Part shown: in pieces, positions 14,316 through 22,221 of the stretch
How positions within the stretch are numbered: the first letter of the stretch is position 1
How the letters are laid out: each line of letters starts with the position of its first letter
Origin: Bacteroidota bacterium
GTDB lineage: Bacteria > Bacteroidota > Bacteroidia > AKYH767-A > OLB10
Direction: 5' to 3'
Assembly: GCA_031363705.1 (NCBI GenBank)
Contig: JANLUX010000070.1
Span: 1-24,000 of the forward strand
DNA length: 24,000 nucleotides
Made by a program: the position numbers and the translations under genes
Notes under the pieces: model-generated
Databases searched by the model: none
Seen by the model: only the letters and a program-made list of their open reading frames with translations
Told to the model about the DNA's origin: nothing

Positions 14316-16658
14316 TTATGCTGCTATTTTAATTTCCTGTCTTAATTCCAGATATGCAATTTCGCAGGTAGTTTTAATTGTATTGATAAGTGCAGGTATC
14401 TCATCAAGCTCTGATAGTTTTTTAGACAAATCTTCGATGCGTGCCGCTGCTTTATTTAATTCTTTTAATCCAACATAATTAAATGATGGTTTTATTTTAT
14501 GTGCCACCTGGCGCATCATTTCCCAATCTTTATTTTTTAAAGCAGTTTCCATATCAGCCACTGCAGCAGGTGCGCTATTTAAAAACAATGTTATAAATTC
14601 TTTAAAGAAAACTTCATTACCATCTGATATTTCGATGAGGAAATCGAGGTTAGTAAATCGTTGACTTACCGGAGGAGGATTTAATGTAATTACATTTTGA
14701 TTACTGTTTTGATTCATGCAATCAATGATTATTTTCTTCAGCTCATCACCTTGAAAAGGCTTTGATATGTAATCATTCATTCCTGTTTCAATACACTTTT
14801 CTCTTTCACCATTCATAGCATGACCTGTCATAGCTATGATAGGAATATTATTTTTTCCTGCAGGCAACTCCTTACGGATAAATGCTGTTGCATCATAGCC
14901 ATTCATTTCAGGCATTTCAATATCCATAAGTATCATATCATAAGTAGCGCTGGCTGCTTTTTCAATAGCATCAGCTCCAGTAATGGCAAATTGATAATCA
15001 AATCCCCAGTCATCCATCATTTTTTTGATGATGAACCTATTGATATCATTATCTTCTGCTACCAGGATATTTAATTTTTTTGTAATCGTATTATTCATTT
15101 CGAGAGGGATATTGTTTTTATTTAATTTTTTTGCTTCACTATTTATTTTATACGGTATGCTAAATGTGAATACTGAACCTTCATTTACTGTGCTTTGTAC
15201 GGCTATGTTTCCGTTTTGTTGCTCCACTAATTGTTTTGAAATTGTAAGACCTAAGCCAGTTCCGCCATATTTCCGGCTGATATCGTTACCTGCCTGCGAA
15301 AAAATTTCAAATATTGTTGGCAGGATATGCGCTGGAATTCCCATACCGCTATCTTTAATTTCAAACACAATCATTGAATGATATTCATTTTTTTCTTTAC
15401 AGAAAACGGTAACATCCACTGCTCCTCTCTCTGTAAATTTGATTGCGTTGCCAAGAATATTATTTATGATTTGCGTTAAGCGTGCAGGATCACCACAAAC
15501 TGTTGAAGGAACATTTTCATTAATATTCAGATTTACTTCAATTCCTTTTTCAATTGCTGATGGTATAAAAGCGCCTGTTGAAGATTGAAGAGTATCTGTA
15601 AGATCAAACGAAATTTCTTCAAAAGTCATCTTCGATGCCTGGATTTTACTCAAGTCAAGAATATCATTTACGATAAAAAGTAAACTGTCAGCTGAACGCT
15701 TTGCAAGGTCTAAGTACTTCTGTTGATCTTCCTGCAATGATGTTTTTAAAACAAAATCAATTAAACAAATGATACCATGAATGGGCGTTCTCAGCTCATG
15801 ACTCATATTGGCCAGAAACTGTTGTTTTACTTTCGACTCAGTTTCCGCTAACACAATTGTGTTTTTCAGTTCAACTTCATTGCGTTTAAAATCTGTGATG
15901 TCAATTGCCACACCCATCATTGAAGTTATTTTTCCAAGATGATTTTGCACAGGAATATAATTCACATCAAAAAAATGATTGCTTATTTCTACTCTGTGCG
16001 AAAGCTCGTTACTTGTTAGTGCTTTCTTATAATCATGGTATCTAACCGGAGTAAGATGACTTACATCCTGAATATTTTGTCCAATGATATGTTCATGTAT
16101 TATATTAATGTTATCTGCCCCTTTGCCTTTAAATAATTTGAAAAACCCACCTTCGTCAATAGTAAACACTATTACGGGTGAGCGTTCAATAATACTTTTC
16201 ATCCGCAGTTCGCTTTCTATTAAAGCACGTTCAGCGGCTTGCCGGCTTTCCTCAGCAATTTTTAATCTGAGGATATAATTAAAGCTCTTTATTAAATGCT
16301 CCGGTGATAATTCATCTTTACATATATAATCACTGGCGCCTGACTTCATTACTTCCACAGCAAGGCTTATCTCATTGTGAGAGGTAACAATTACAATGGG
16401 TGTTTGTCCTCCGCGAGACTGATACGTTTTAATAAAATCCAATCCGTTGCCGGCAGTTGGATAATAATAATCAAGTAAAATACAATCAAAATTATGAGCA
16501 AGTGATAAAACAAGTGCATCAGCAATATTTTCAGCATACTTAATTTCGCAGTCAAATCCTGCGTTATTAATTGCACGGGTAATCATGATGCGATCAGCCT
16601 GTACATCCTCTACAAGCAGAACCTTAATCTTATTTAACAACGAATTGCTGTGAGTCAT
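14316..16658 (-). CDS. hybrid sensor histidine kinase / response regulator (REC-PAS-HisKA-HATPase-REC-Hpt)
   Basis: 780 aa. N-terminal receiver (KVLLVEDVQADR...ILLDYYYP), PAS, H-box FLANMSHELRTPIHGI, N-box ILGNAIKFT, G1 IKDSGMGIP, G2 GGTGLGLTISKQL. A second receiver follows (ILVAEDNDINR...ILMDIEMPEMNGY...KPF), then a C-terminal Hpt (QVAHKIKPSFNYVGL). Confidence 0.9.
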   Translation of the reverse strand: MTHSNSLLNKIKVLLVEDVQADRIMITRAINNAGFDCEIKYAENIADALVLSLAHNFDCILLDYYYPTAGNGLDFIKTYQSRGGQTPIVIVTSHNEISLAVEVMKSGASDYICKDELSPEHLIKSFNYILRLKIAEESRQAAERALIESELRMKSIIERSPVIVFTIDEGGFFKLFKGKGADNINIIHEHIIGQNIQDVSHLTPVRYHDYKKALTSNELSHRVEISNHFFDVNYIPVQNHLGKITSMMGVAIDITDFKRNEVELKNTIVLAETESKVKQQFLANMSHELRTPIHGIICLIDFVLKTSLQEDQQKYLDLAKRSADSLLFIVNDILDLSKIQASKMTFEEISFDLTDTLQSSTGAFIPSAIEKGIEVNLNINENVPSTVCGDPARLTQIINNILGNAIKFTERGAVDVTVFCKEKNEYHSMIVFEIKDSGMGIPAHILPTIFEIFSQAGNDISRKYGGTGLGLTISKQLVEQQNGNIAVQSTVNEGSVFTFSIPYKINSEAKKLNKNNIPLEMNNTITKKLNILVAEDNDINRFIIKKMMDDWGFDYQFAITGADAIEKAASATYDMILMDIEMPEMNGYDATAFIRKELPAGKNNIPIIAMTGHAMNGEREKCIETGMNDYISKPFQGDELKKIIIDCMNQNSNQNVITLNPPPVSQRFTNLDFLIEISDGNEVFFKEFITLFLNSAPAAVADMETALKNKDWEMMRQVAHKIKPSFNYVGLKELNKAAARIEDLSKKLSELDEIPALINTIKTTCEIAYLELRQEIKIAA

Positions 16659-16690
16659 TAATAATTATGAGGTGGTTATGACGGTTTATT

Positions 16691-17134
16691 TTATGAAGCC
16701 ACTAATTCCGGATGTTCACACAATTTCCAGTAATTGTTCAGAATTGACACTGCACTCACAAATTTTTCAAATGAAAGTGGTTTCAGAACATAACCGGCAA
16801 CATTTAATTTGTATGCTTCAAATTTATCCTGTTCATCATTGGAAGTAGTCATTATAAATACACTGCATGATTTCAATGCCTCATCATTACGAAGCTCTTT
16901 GAGAAATTCAATGCCATTCATTTTAGGCATATTGATATCACATAAGATAACTCCAGGCATAGGATTCAACTTGGGCCTTCCATTAGTTCCACGCAGCATG
17001 TTCAGAGCTTCTACTCCGTTAAATGCTACATGCAGCGGGTTATTAATATTGTTCTTTTTAAATGCCCGCTGCACATTCATTACATCAACGCTGTCATCTT
17101 CTACCAATAGGATGTGTAATATTTTGTCTTCCAT
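16691..17134 (-). CDS. single-domain response regulator (CheY/Rcp1-like receiver)
   Basis: 147 aa. ILLVEDDSVDVMNVQRAF...VILCDINMPKMNGIEFL...VFIMTTSNDEQD...GYVLKPL. Confidence 0.9.
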   Translation of the reverse strand: MEDKILHILLVEDDSVDVMNVQRAFKKNNINNPLHVAFNGVEALNMLRGTNGRPKLNPMPGVILCDINMPKMNGIEFLKELRNDEALKSCSVFIMTTSNDEQDKFEAYKLNVAGYVLKPLSFEKFVSAVSILNNYWKLCEHPELVAS

Positions 17135-17157
17135 ATTTGTTTATCTTTTTAGAGTTA

Positions 17158-17994
17158 TTATTGTTTTATAGCAGGCCATGTAAATACAAAACGTGATCCT
17201 TTTTTTCCATCTGATTCAACCCATATTTTACCATTCTGTTCTTCAACAATTTTTTTCACAATTGCTAATCCTATTCCGGTGCTTTCAATTTCATCACGTG
17301 AAGTAAGAGTCTGAAAAATCATAAAAACTTTTTCATGATATTCCTTTTCTATTCCTGGGCCGTTATCCTGCACATAAAACTGGCACCAGTTATCATATTC
17401 ATAACAACCAATTTCAATTTCACCAGTGCTTTTATCATTGTACTTAATTGCATTGGAAATAAGGTTGGCAAAAACCTGGCTCAGCTTTATTTTTTCAGTT
17501 AAAAGATCAGCTAACTCTACTTTATTTTTTACGGTAATGTGATGAGGTACTGAAACAGAATCTATAATCTCATTAAGCAACTCTTTTACATTCACCAGAC
17601 TTTTTTCTGTTTTTCCTTTTCCAGCTTTTGAATAGGTCAATATGCCTTGTATAAGATTTTCCATTCTGTGAATTCGTCCTACAATAGTTTGAAGGTTTTC
17701 CTTTGAATCTTTCGTCAGAAATTCTCCTGAGTCTTCTTCAATCCAGCTCACTAAACTTGACATTGCTCTTAAAGGAGCTTTAAGATCATGTGACACGATA
17801 TATGCAAACTGATCAAGTTCACGGTTAATTTTTTCAAGATTACTAACATGCTCCAGTTCCATTTCATACTGAAAATAGGTACGGTCAACAGCAGTGATAA
17901 AATCTTCCATATAACCAGGCACCGGATTATCGCCTATGATTTTTTCAAGTTGCTTTTTGAGTAATGTATTACTAACCTTTGCTATTGCTTCCAC
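17158..17994 (-). CDS. cytoplasmic histidine kinase with no recognisable sensor domain (HisKA + HATPase_c only)
   Basis: 278 aa. H-box FAYIVSHDLKAPLRAM lies at about residue 63. N-box NLISNAIKYN, G1 VQDNGPGIE, G2 STGIGLAIVKKIV. No TM segment. The start is a GTG at 17994, with an in-frame stop two codons upstream. The alternative ATG is at residue 29. Confidence 0.85.
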   Translation of the reverse strand: MEAIAKVSNTLLKKQLEKIIGDNPVPGYMEDFITAVDRTYFQYEMELEHVSNLEKINRELDQFAYIVSHDLKAPLRAMSSLVSWIEEDSGEFLTKDSKENLQTIVGRIHRMENLIQGILTYSKAGKGKTEKSLVNVKELLNEIIDSVSVPHHITVKNKVELADLLTEKIKLSQVFANLISNAIKYNDKSTGEIEIGCYEYDNWCQFYVQDNGPGIEKEYHEKVFMIFQTLTSRDEIESTGIGLAIVKKIVEEQNGKIWVESDGKKGSRFVFTWPAIKQ

Positions 17995-18138
17995 GTTTTA
18001 TTTTGGCTTAAGTGTATGAATTAACCAGATTTTAATGTTTTTACTAATGTTACAGCGTAAAGGTTACAGTGAGGAACAACTTTTTGTTGAATAAACTTTC
18101 AAAGAAAAAAATTTAGACCATTTTTGTGAATAACTGAG

Positions 18139-19365
18139 ATGCGATACGAATATTACATAGCCAAAAAATTTATTAGCGGAGGAAGCACTACAGGCAGGTT
18201 GAACAAACCTGTTATACGTGCTGCTATTACAAGCGTTGCACTGGGTATTGCAGTGATGATTGCGGCAGTGATGATTGTTACAGGTTTCCGTAATGAAATT
18301 TCTAAAAAGGTTACAGGGTTTGTTTCCCATATCCGCATCACCATTTTTGATAGCAACAGTTCATTTGAAGAAGCACCAATAGAAAGAAATCATATTCTTG
18401 AACAGCAGGTTAAAAAAGTAAGCGGTGTAAAACATGTTCAGACTTACGCAACCAAAGCAGGAATTCTAAAAACACAAACCGAATTACAAGGCATTGTACT
18501 GAAAGGAATAGATAAAGAATTTGACTGGAGTTTTTTTAAAGATAAAATGGTGGAAGGCGATGTGTTGCACTTGCCCAATGATTCTTCCACTAAAAAAGTA
18601 ATTATATCTGCCAACATCAGCCGAAAGCTCAATCTGAAATTGCACGACAGCTTTCTTGTGTTTTTTATTCAGCAGGGAAAAAAGATCAGGAAATTTGAAG
18701 TGAGCGGAATTTACAATACAGGCTTGTCAGATGAGTTTGATAATATATTTATTCTTTGTGATATCAGGCAAATTCAATCACTCAACGATTGGAGTGCAAA
18801 ACAAATTGGTGGTTATGAAATTTTTGTTGACGACTACAGCAAAGTGAATGAAACAGCAGGAGCCATTTATGAAAACATCGGTTTTCAATACAATACCAAA
18901 ACAGCCACTGAATTATACCCGCAGATTTTTAACTGGCTCGAGTTGCAAAACATTAATGTGGTAATCATCATCACTTTAATGGTGATGGTTTCTTCTATTG
19001 CTATGATTTCTACTTTGCTGATTTTAATTCTTGAAAACACCACTTCCATCGGTTTGCTGAAAGCATTGGGAGCCCAGGATAAAAGCTTACGCAAAATGTT
19101 TATTTATCTTGCTGGTTACATTATTTTACAAGGAGCTTTCTGGGGAAACGTGATAGGATTGGGATTGGGATGGATACAGTCTCATTTCGGAATAATTAAA
19201 CTGGAACAGGAATCATATTACATGCCGGTGGTTCCTATTAATTTTACCGTTACGGGTTGGTTATTGATTAATGTTGGAGCAATTTTGATTTGCACTTTAA
19301 TGTTAATAATTCCTTCTGCTGTAGTTGCAAAAATTTCTCCTGTAAAAGTGTTGAGGTTTGATTAA
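18139..19365 (+). CDS. LolC/LolE-family (FtsX/MacB-type) ABC transporter permease
   Basis: 408 aa. N-terminal YYIAKKFISGG...RLNKPVIRAAITSVALGIAVMIAAVMIVTGF is typical of LolC/E. A periplasmic MacB-like domain follows, then three C-terminal FtsX helices (LKALGAQDKSLRKMFIY...). Confidence 0.85.
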   Translation: MRYEYYIAKKFISGGSTTGRLNKPVIRAAITSVALGIAVMIAAVMIVTGFRNEISKKVTGFVSHIRITIFDSNSSFEEAPIERNHILEQQVKKVSGVKHVQTYATKAGILKTQTELQGIVLKGIDKEFDWSFFKDKMVEGDVLHLPNDSSTKKVIISANISRKLNLKLHDSFLVFFIQQGKKIRKFEVSGIYNTGLSDEFDNIFILCDIRQIQSLNDWSAKQIGGYEIFVDDYSKVNETAGAIYENIGFQYNTKTATELYPQIFNWLELQNINVVIIITLMVMVSSIAMISTLLILILENTTSIGLLKALGAQDKSLRKMFIYLAGYIILQGAFWGNVIGLGLGWIQSHFGIIKLEQESYYMPVVPINFTVTGWLLINVGAILICTLMLIIPSAVVAKISPVKVLRFD

Positions 19366-19366
19366 A

Positions 19367-19843
19367 TCAATACTTCGTTTTATTTTCCTTCCTCTCCCAC
19401 TCGTCAAAAACCATCATCGCTTCTTCTCTCGAAAAATTATTGAGCGGTATTCCTCTCTCTGCAATATCCAGTTTCAATTCATTATAAATATAGGAATCAT
19501 CAAAACCAATTTTAGCAGCGTCTTCACGTGTGCACCCGAAATAAACATTGGATGGACGTGCCCAATAAATAGCACCCATACACATCGGGCAAGGTTCGCA
19601 GCTTGTATAAATATCACAACCTTCCAGCTGGAATGTTTTAAGATTTTTACAGGCATCACGAATGGCAACCACTTCAGCATGTGCTGTAGGATCGTTGGTT
19701 GAAGTTACCTTGTTATATCCACGACCGACAATTTTTCCATCCTTCACCACCACTGCACCAAACGGACCTCCGTACCCATTGGTCATACCTTCTTTAGAAA
19801 GCCGGATGGCTTCACGCATAAACTCAATTTGTTCAGGATTCAT
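19367..19843 (-). CDS. guaD: CDA-fold nucleoside deaminase, guanine deaminase (GuaD) type
   Basis: 158 aa. GGPFGAVVVKDGKIVGRGYNKVTSTNDPTAHAEV plus TSCEPCPMCMGAIYWARP and GFDDSYIYNE closely follow Bacillus subtilis GuaD as I recall that sequence. The zinc ligands are HAE and CxxC. Confidence 0.8.
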   Translation of the reverse strand: MNPEQIEFMREAIRLSKEGMTNGYGGPFGAVVVKDGKIVGRGYNKVTSTNDPTAHAEVVAIRDACKNLKTFQLEGCDIYTSCEPCPMCMGAIYWARPSNVYFGCTREDAAKIGFDDSYIYNELKLDIAERGIPLNNFSREEAMMVFDEWERKENKTKY

Positions 19844-19863
19844 GAGGTAAAGATAAAGGAGTT

Positions 19864-19890
19864 TAAAGTTTCAAGTCTAAAGTTTCAAGT
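19864..19890. repeat. tandem 13-nt direct repeat (taaagtttcaagt x2) upstream of guaD
   Basis: taaagtttcaagt occurs at 19864-19876 and 19878-19890, separated by one nt. aaactttagac at 19911-19921 is the inverted partner of gtctaaagttt at 19875-19885. Confidence 0.8.
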
Positions 19891-19930
19891 TGGCTGACAT
19901 ACGTAACTGTAAACTTTAGACCTTAAACTA

Positions 19931-20338
19931 TTATTTATAAACAAAATCCACTTTTTGTTTTATATCGGGATGAATGCTTAAAGCAACAGGGCAAGTAGTT
20001 GCTGCGATATAGAGTATTTTCTTCTGCTCTTCGGTATAAGTTACAGGAGGCATTGTGAAATGAACGTGCACTTCTGATACTCTGCGCGGGTTGGCTGCCA
20101 TCACTTTTGTTATTTCAATTTTTGTTCCGTCAATATTAAACTTATGTGTGCGTGCCGCAATTCCCATTATAGTAAGCATGCAACTTCCCAAGGAAGATGC
20201 GAACATATCAGTAGGAGAAAATGCTTCTCCTTTTCCGTGGTTGTCAAGGGGAGCATCAGTTATAATTTCCACTCCTGATTGTAAATGCTTCGCTCTGGTT
20301 CTTAATTCACCGAGATAAACAGTCTCCGCTGTTGCCAT
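19931..20338 (-). CDS. OsmC/Ohr-family protein
   Basis: 135 aa. SPTDMFASSLGSCMLTIMGIAAR and TCPVALSIH carry the two conserved Cys regions of the OsmC family. Confidence 0.85.
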   Translation of the reverse strand: MATAETVYLGELRTRAKHLQSGVEIITDAPLDNHGKGEAFSPTDMFASSLGSCMLTIMGIAARTHKFNIDGTKIEITKVMAANPRRVSEVHVHFTMPPVTYTEEQKKILYIAATTCPVALSIHPDIKQKVDFVYK

Positions 20339-20354
20339 GCTTTTAAATTTGAAA

Positions 20355-20362
20355 CAAACTTA
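20355..20362 (-). promoter_or_regulatory. candidate -7 promoter box (TAAGTTTG on the minus strand) for the OsmC-family gene
   Basis: caaactta on the plus strand reads TAAGTTTG on the minus strand. It lies 16 nt upstream of the ATG at 20338. Confidence 0.35.
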
Positions 20363-20438
20363 CTTTGTTTACAGATTAGTTACTGTGCATTAGAAATGAA
20401 TGGTATAATATTTTAGTTTTAAGCTATATATTTGTGTG

Positions 20439-21266
20439 ATGTTTTCCCTGCAAAAATTATTATTAATAAGTGTTTTTTTTCTTGCTCTGCAAAGCGCTTT
20501 TTCACAAACCAATCCAAATGAATATCAGGAAGAAAAACCGATATTACTCAGGCACGAAATGAGTTTTGGTGTAAACCTTCATACCAGTGGATGGGGTATT
20601 GAGGTAAAACGCGGACGCAATATCACCGGCTTTAAAAAATTAATGTTTGAAGCGCAGATTGTAAGCATGAAACATCCTAAGGAAAGAAGAGTTATAAATC
20701 CATTCTTTGAAAATTCAAAATCTTATTTTTTTGGTAAGCTTAATTCATTCAATGTTATTCGCGCTTCTGCAGGGGCAAGAAAAACATTGTACAGTAAAGC
20801 CGACAGAACCGGAGTGGAAGTGCGTTTTATATACATGGGTGGACTTTCGCTCGGCATAACTAAACCGGTGTATCTTGAAATCCTGACCGAAGAGCCTCCA
20901 AACAGTGGTTTTTATGATGTGGTGACAGAGAAATATGATCCGAATAATGAAAATCATAATCCTGAAAATATTTATGGCCGGGCTTCTTTTACACAAGGTC
21001 TGGATGAGATTAAGTTTCATCCGGGCGGTTTTGCCAAAATTGGATTTAACTTTGAATATGCTCCTTTTCATGAAGACATTAAAGCCATAGAAGTGGGAGC
21101 TTCTTTAGATGCTTATCCCAGAAAAATTCCGATAATGGCAGTGCAGATTGATTCGGATAATAATGGAATACTTAATGCTAACGATAAATGGGATCCCTAT
21201 CATAAACCAAACAAACAATTTTTTCTCACATTTTATTTCACCCTGATTTACGGCAGGAAGTGGTAA
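20439..21266 (+). CDS. secreted hypothetical protein, possibly an outer-membrane beta-barrel
   Basis: The ORF-track start at 20436 is a GTG immediately followed by an ATG at 20439. Signal peptide MFSLQKLLLISVFFLALQSAFSQ. The sequence has alternating beta-like segments and ends in an aromatic residue (GRKW). I recognise no family. Confidence 0.6.
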   Translation: MFSLQKLLLISVFFLALQSAFSQTNPNEYQEEKPILLRHEMSFGVNLHTSGWGIEVKRGRNITGFKKLMFEAQIVSMKHPKERRVINPFFENSKSYFFGKLNSFNVIRASAGARKTLYSKADRTGVEVRFIYMGGLSLGITKPVYLEILTEEPPNSGFYDVVTEKYDPNNENHNPENIYGRASFTQGLDEIKFHPGGFAKIGFNFEYAPFHEDIKAIEVGASLDAYPRKIPIMAVQIDSDNNGILNANDKWDPYHKPNKQFFLTFYFTLIYGRKW

Positions 21267-21287
21267 TTTTACCGCATAATTTTTATT

Positions 21288-22166
21288 ATGCCTGAAGTAA
21301 ATGAAGTGGCATCAATGCCGGCAGAAAAACCAAAAAAGCCATCGTGGCTTAAAGTAAAACTTCCCACAGGAGAGGAATACCGAAAAGTACGCACGCTGGT
21401 ATCAGAAAATAAATTACATACTATCTGCGAAAGCGGCAATTGTCCTAATATGGGCGAATGCTGGGGTGCAGGCACTGCCACCTTTATGATACTGGGTAAT
21501 GTGTGTACCCGTTCGTGTGGATTTTGTGCTGTAGCCACAGGTCGTCCTTTGGCAGTGGATAAGAATGAGCCCATGCGTGTTGCCAATTCGGTAAGGTTAA
21601 TGAATGTAAAACACTGTGTGGTAACTTCTGTTGATCGTGATGATTTAAAAGATGGCGGATCTGTGGTATGGGTGGAAACCATTCGTGCAATACGTGAGAT
21701 AAGCCCCGGAACCACACTGGAAACATTAATTCCTGATTTTGCAGGCAAGTGGGAAAACCTGCAACGTGTAATTGATGAAAAACCTGAAGTGATTTCGCAC
21801 AATCTTGAAACTGTGAGAAGACTGACTAAGCAAGTGCGCGTTCAGGCAAAATACGATCGCAGTCTTGAAGTATTGAAACGTATAAAAGAAAGCGGAGTAA
21901 GAACCAAATCAGGAGTGATGCTTGGATTAGGTGAAACGGATGAGGAAGTTTTAGAAACAATGGATGATCTTAAAAATTCAGGAGTTGATATTCTGACACT
22001 CGGTCAATATCTTCAACCTACTAAAGAGCATTTAATAGTAGCAGAGTTTGTACACCCTGACCGTTTTGCCAGGTATAAAGAAATTGCGTTAACAAAAGGA
22101 TTCAGATATGTTGAGAGCGGACCTTTGGTGAGATCCTCTTATCATGCAGAAAAACATTTATTTTAA
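21288..22166 (+). CDS. lipA: lipoyl synthase (radical SAM)
   Basis: 292 aa. The auxiliary cluster motif is [13 protein letters not shown] and the radical-SAM motif is [10 protein letters not shown]. The C-terminal region [11 protein letters not shown] is characteristic of LipA. Confidence 0.95.
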   Translation: MPEVNEVASMPAEKPKKPSWLKVKLPTGEEYRKVRTLVSENKLHTICESGNCPNMGECWGAGTATFMILGNVCTRSCGFCAVATGRPLAVDKNEPMRVANSVRLMNVKHCVVTSVDRDDLKDGGSVVWVETIRAIREISPGTTLETLIPDFAGKWENLQRVIDEKPEVISHNLETVRRLTKQVRVQAKYDRSLEVLKRIKESGVRTKSGVMLGLGETDEEVLETMDDLKNSGVDILTLGQYLQPTKEHLIVAEFVHPDRFARYKEIALTKGFRYVESGPLVRSSYHAEKHLF

Positions 22167-22221
22167 CACGGGGTTTTATCATGCTTACGAATTAAGCATC
22201 TCCCACTAATACCCAAATAAT

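Noticed and set aside
15025-17171. Plus-strand ORFs of 118 aa (15025-15381), 64 aa (16084-16278) and 120 aa (16809-17171), and similar ORFs inside the signalling cluster.
   Set aside because: All are antisense to kinase or receiver genes that have complete catalytic motifs. They are typical AT-rich antisense open frames.
17381-17386. TGGCAC (sigma54 -24-like) hexamers at 17381-17386 on the plus strand and, as gtgcca, at 2713-2718 on the minus strand.
   Set aside because: Both lie inside coding sequence and lack a TTGC element at the -12 spacing. My by-eye scan of the intergenic regions found no convincing sigma54 promoter. A PWM scan is needed for a definitive answer.
18049-18069. The direct repeat gttacag at 18049-18055 and 18063-18069, in the divergent region between the kinase cluster and the LolC/E-like gene.
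   Set aside because: A 7-mer occurring twice is easily a chance event in AT-rich DNA, and nothing else supports it.
18064-18330. An 88-aa Cys/His/Asn-rich minus-strand ORF (…NNHHCRNHHCNTQCNACNSS…) that superficially resembles a Cys-rich peptide precursor.
   Set aside because: It overlaps the start and first TM helix of the well-supported LolC/E-like gene on the opposite strand. Its composition is what the reverse complement of a hydrophobic Ala/Val/Ile-rich helix would give.
20427-20434. A TATATTTG match to the -7 box immediately before the secreted hypothetical gene.
   Set aside because: It ends only 4 nt before the ATG at 20439, so transcription would begin at or inside the start codon. 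It is either a chance match or evidence of a leaderless or later start. I did not call it as a promoter.
21269-21802. A 177-aa ORF on the minus strand, plus an 80-aa ORF at 21484-21726.
   Set aside because: Both lie entirely antisense to lipA, whose radical-SAM and auxiliary-cluster motifs are unambiguous. The antisense translations are low-complexity and Ser/Thr/Arg-rich, with no recognisable motif. I read them as frame artefacts.
22181-22199. The small hairpin atgctta-cgaat-taagcat after the lipA stop.
   Set aside because: The stem is only 7 bp and AT-rich, and no T-tract follows (ctcccac). That is insufficient to call a terminator, and lipA and gap may be co-transcribed.
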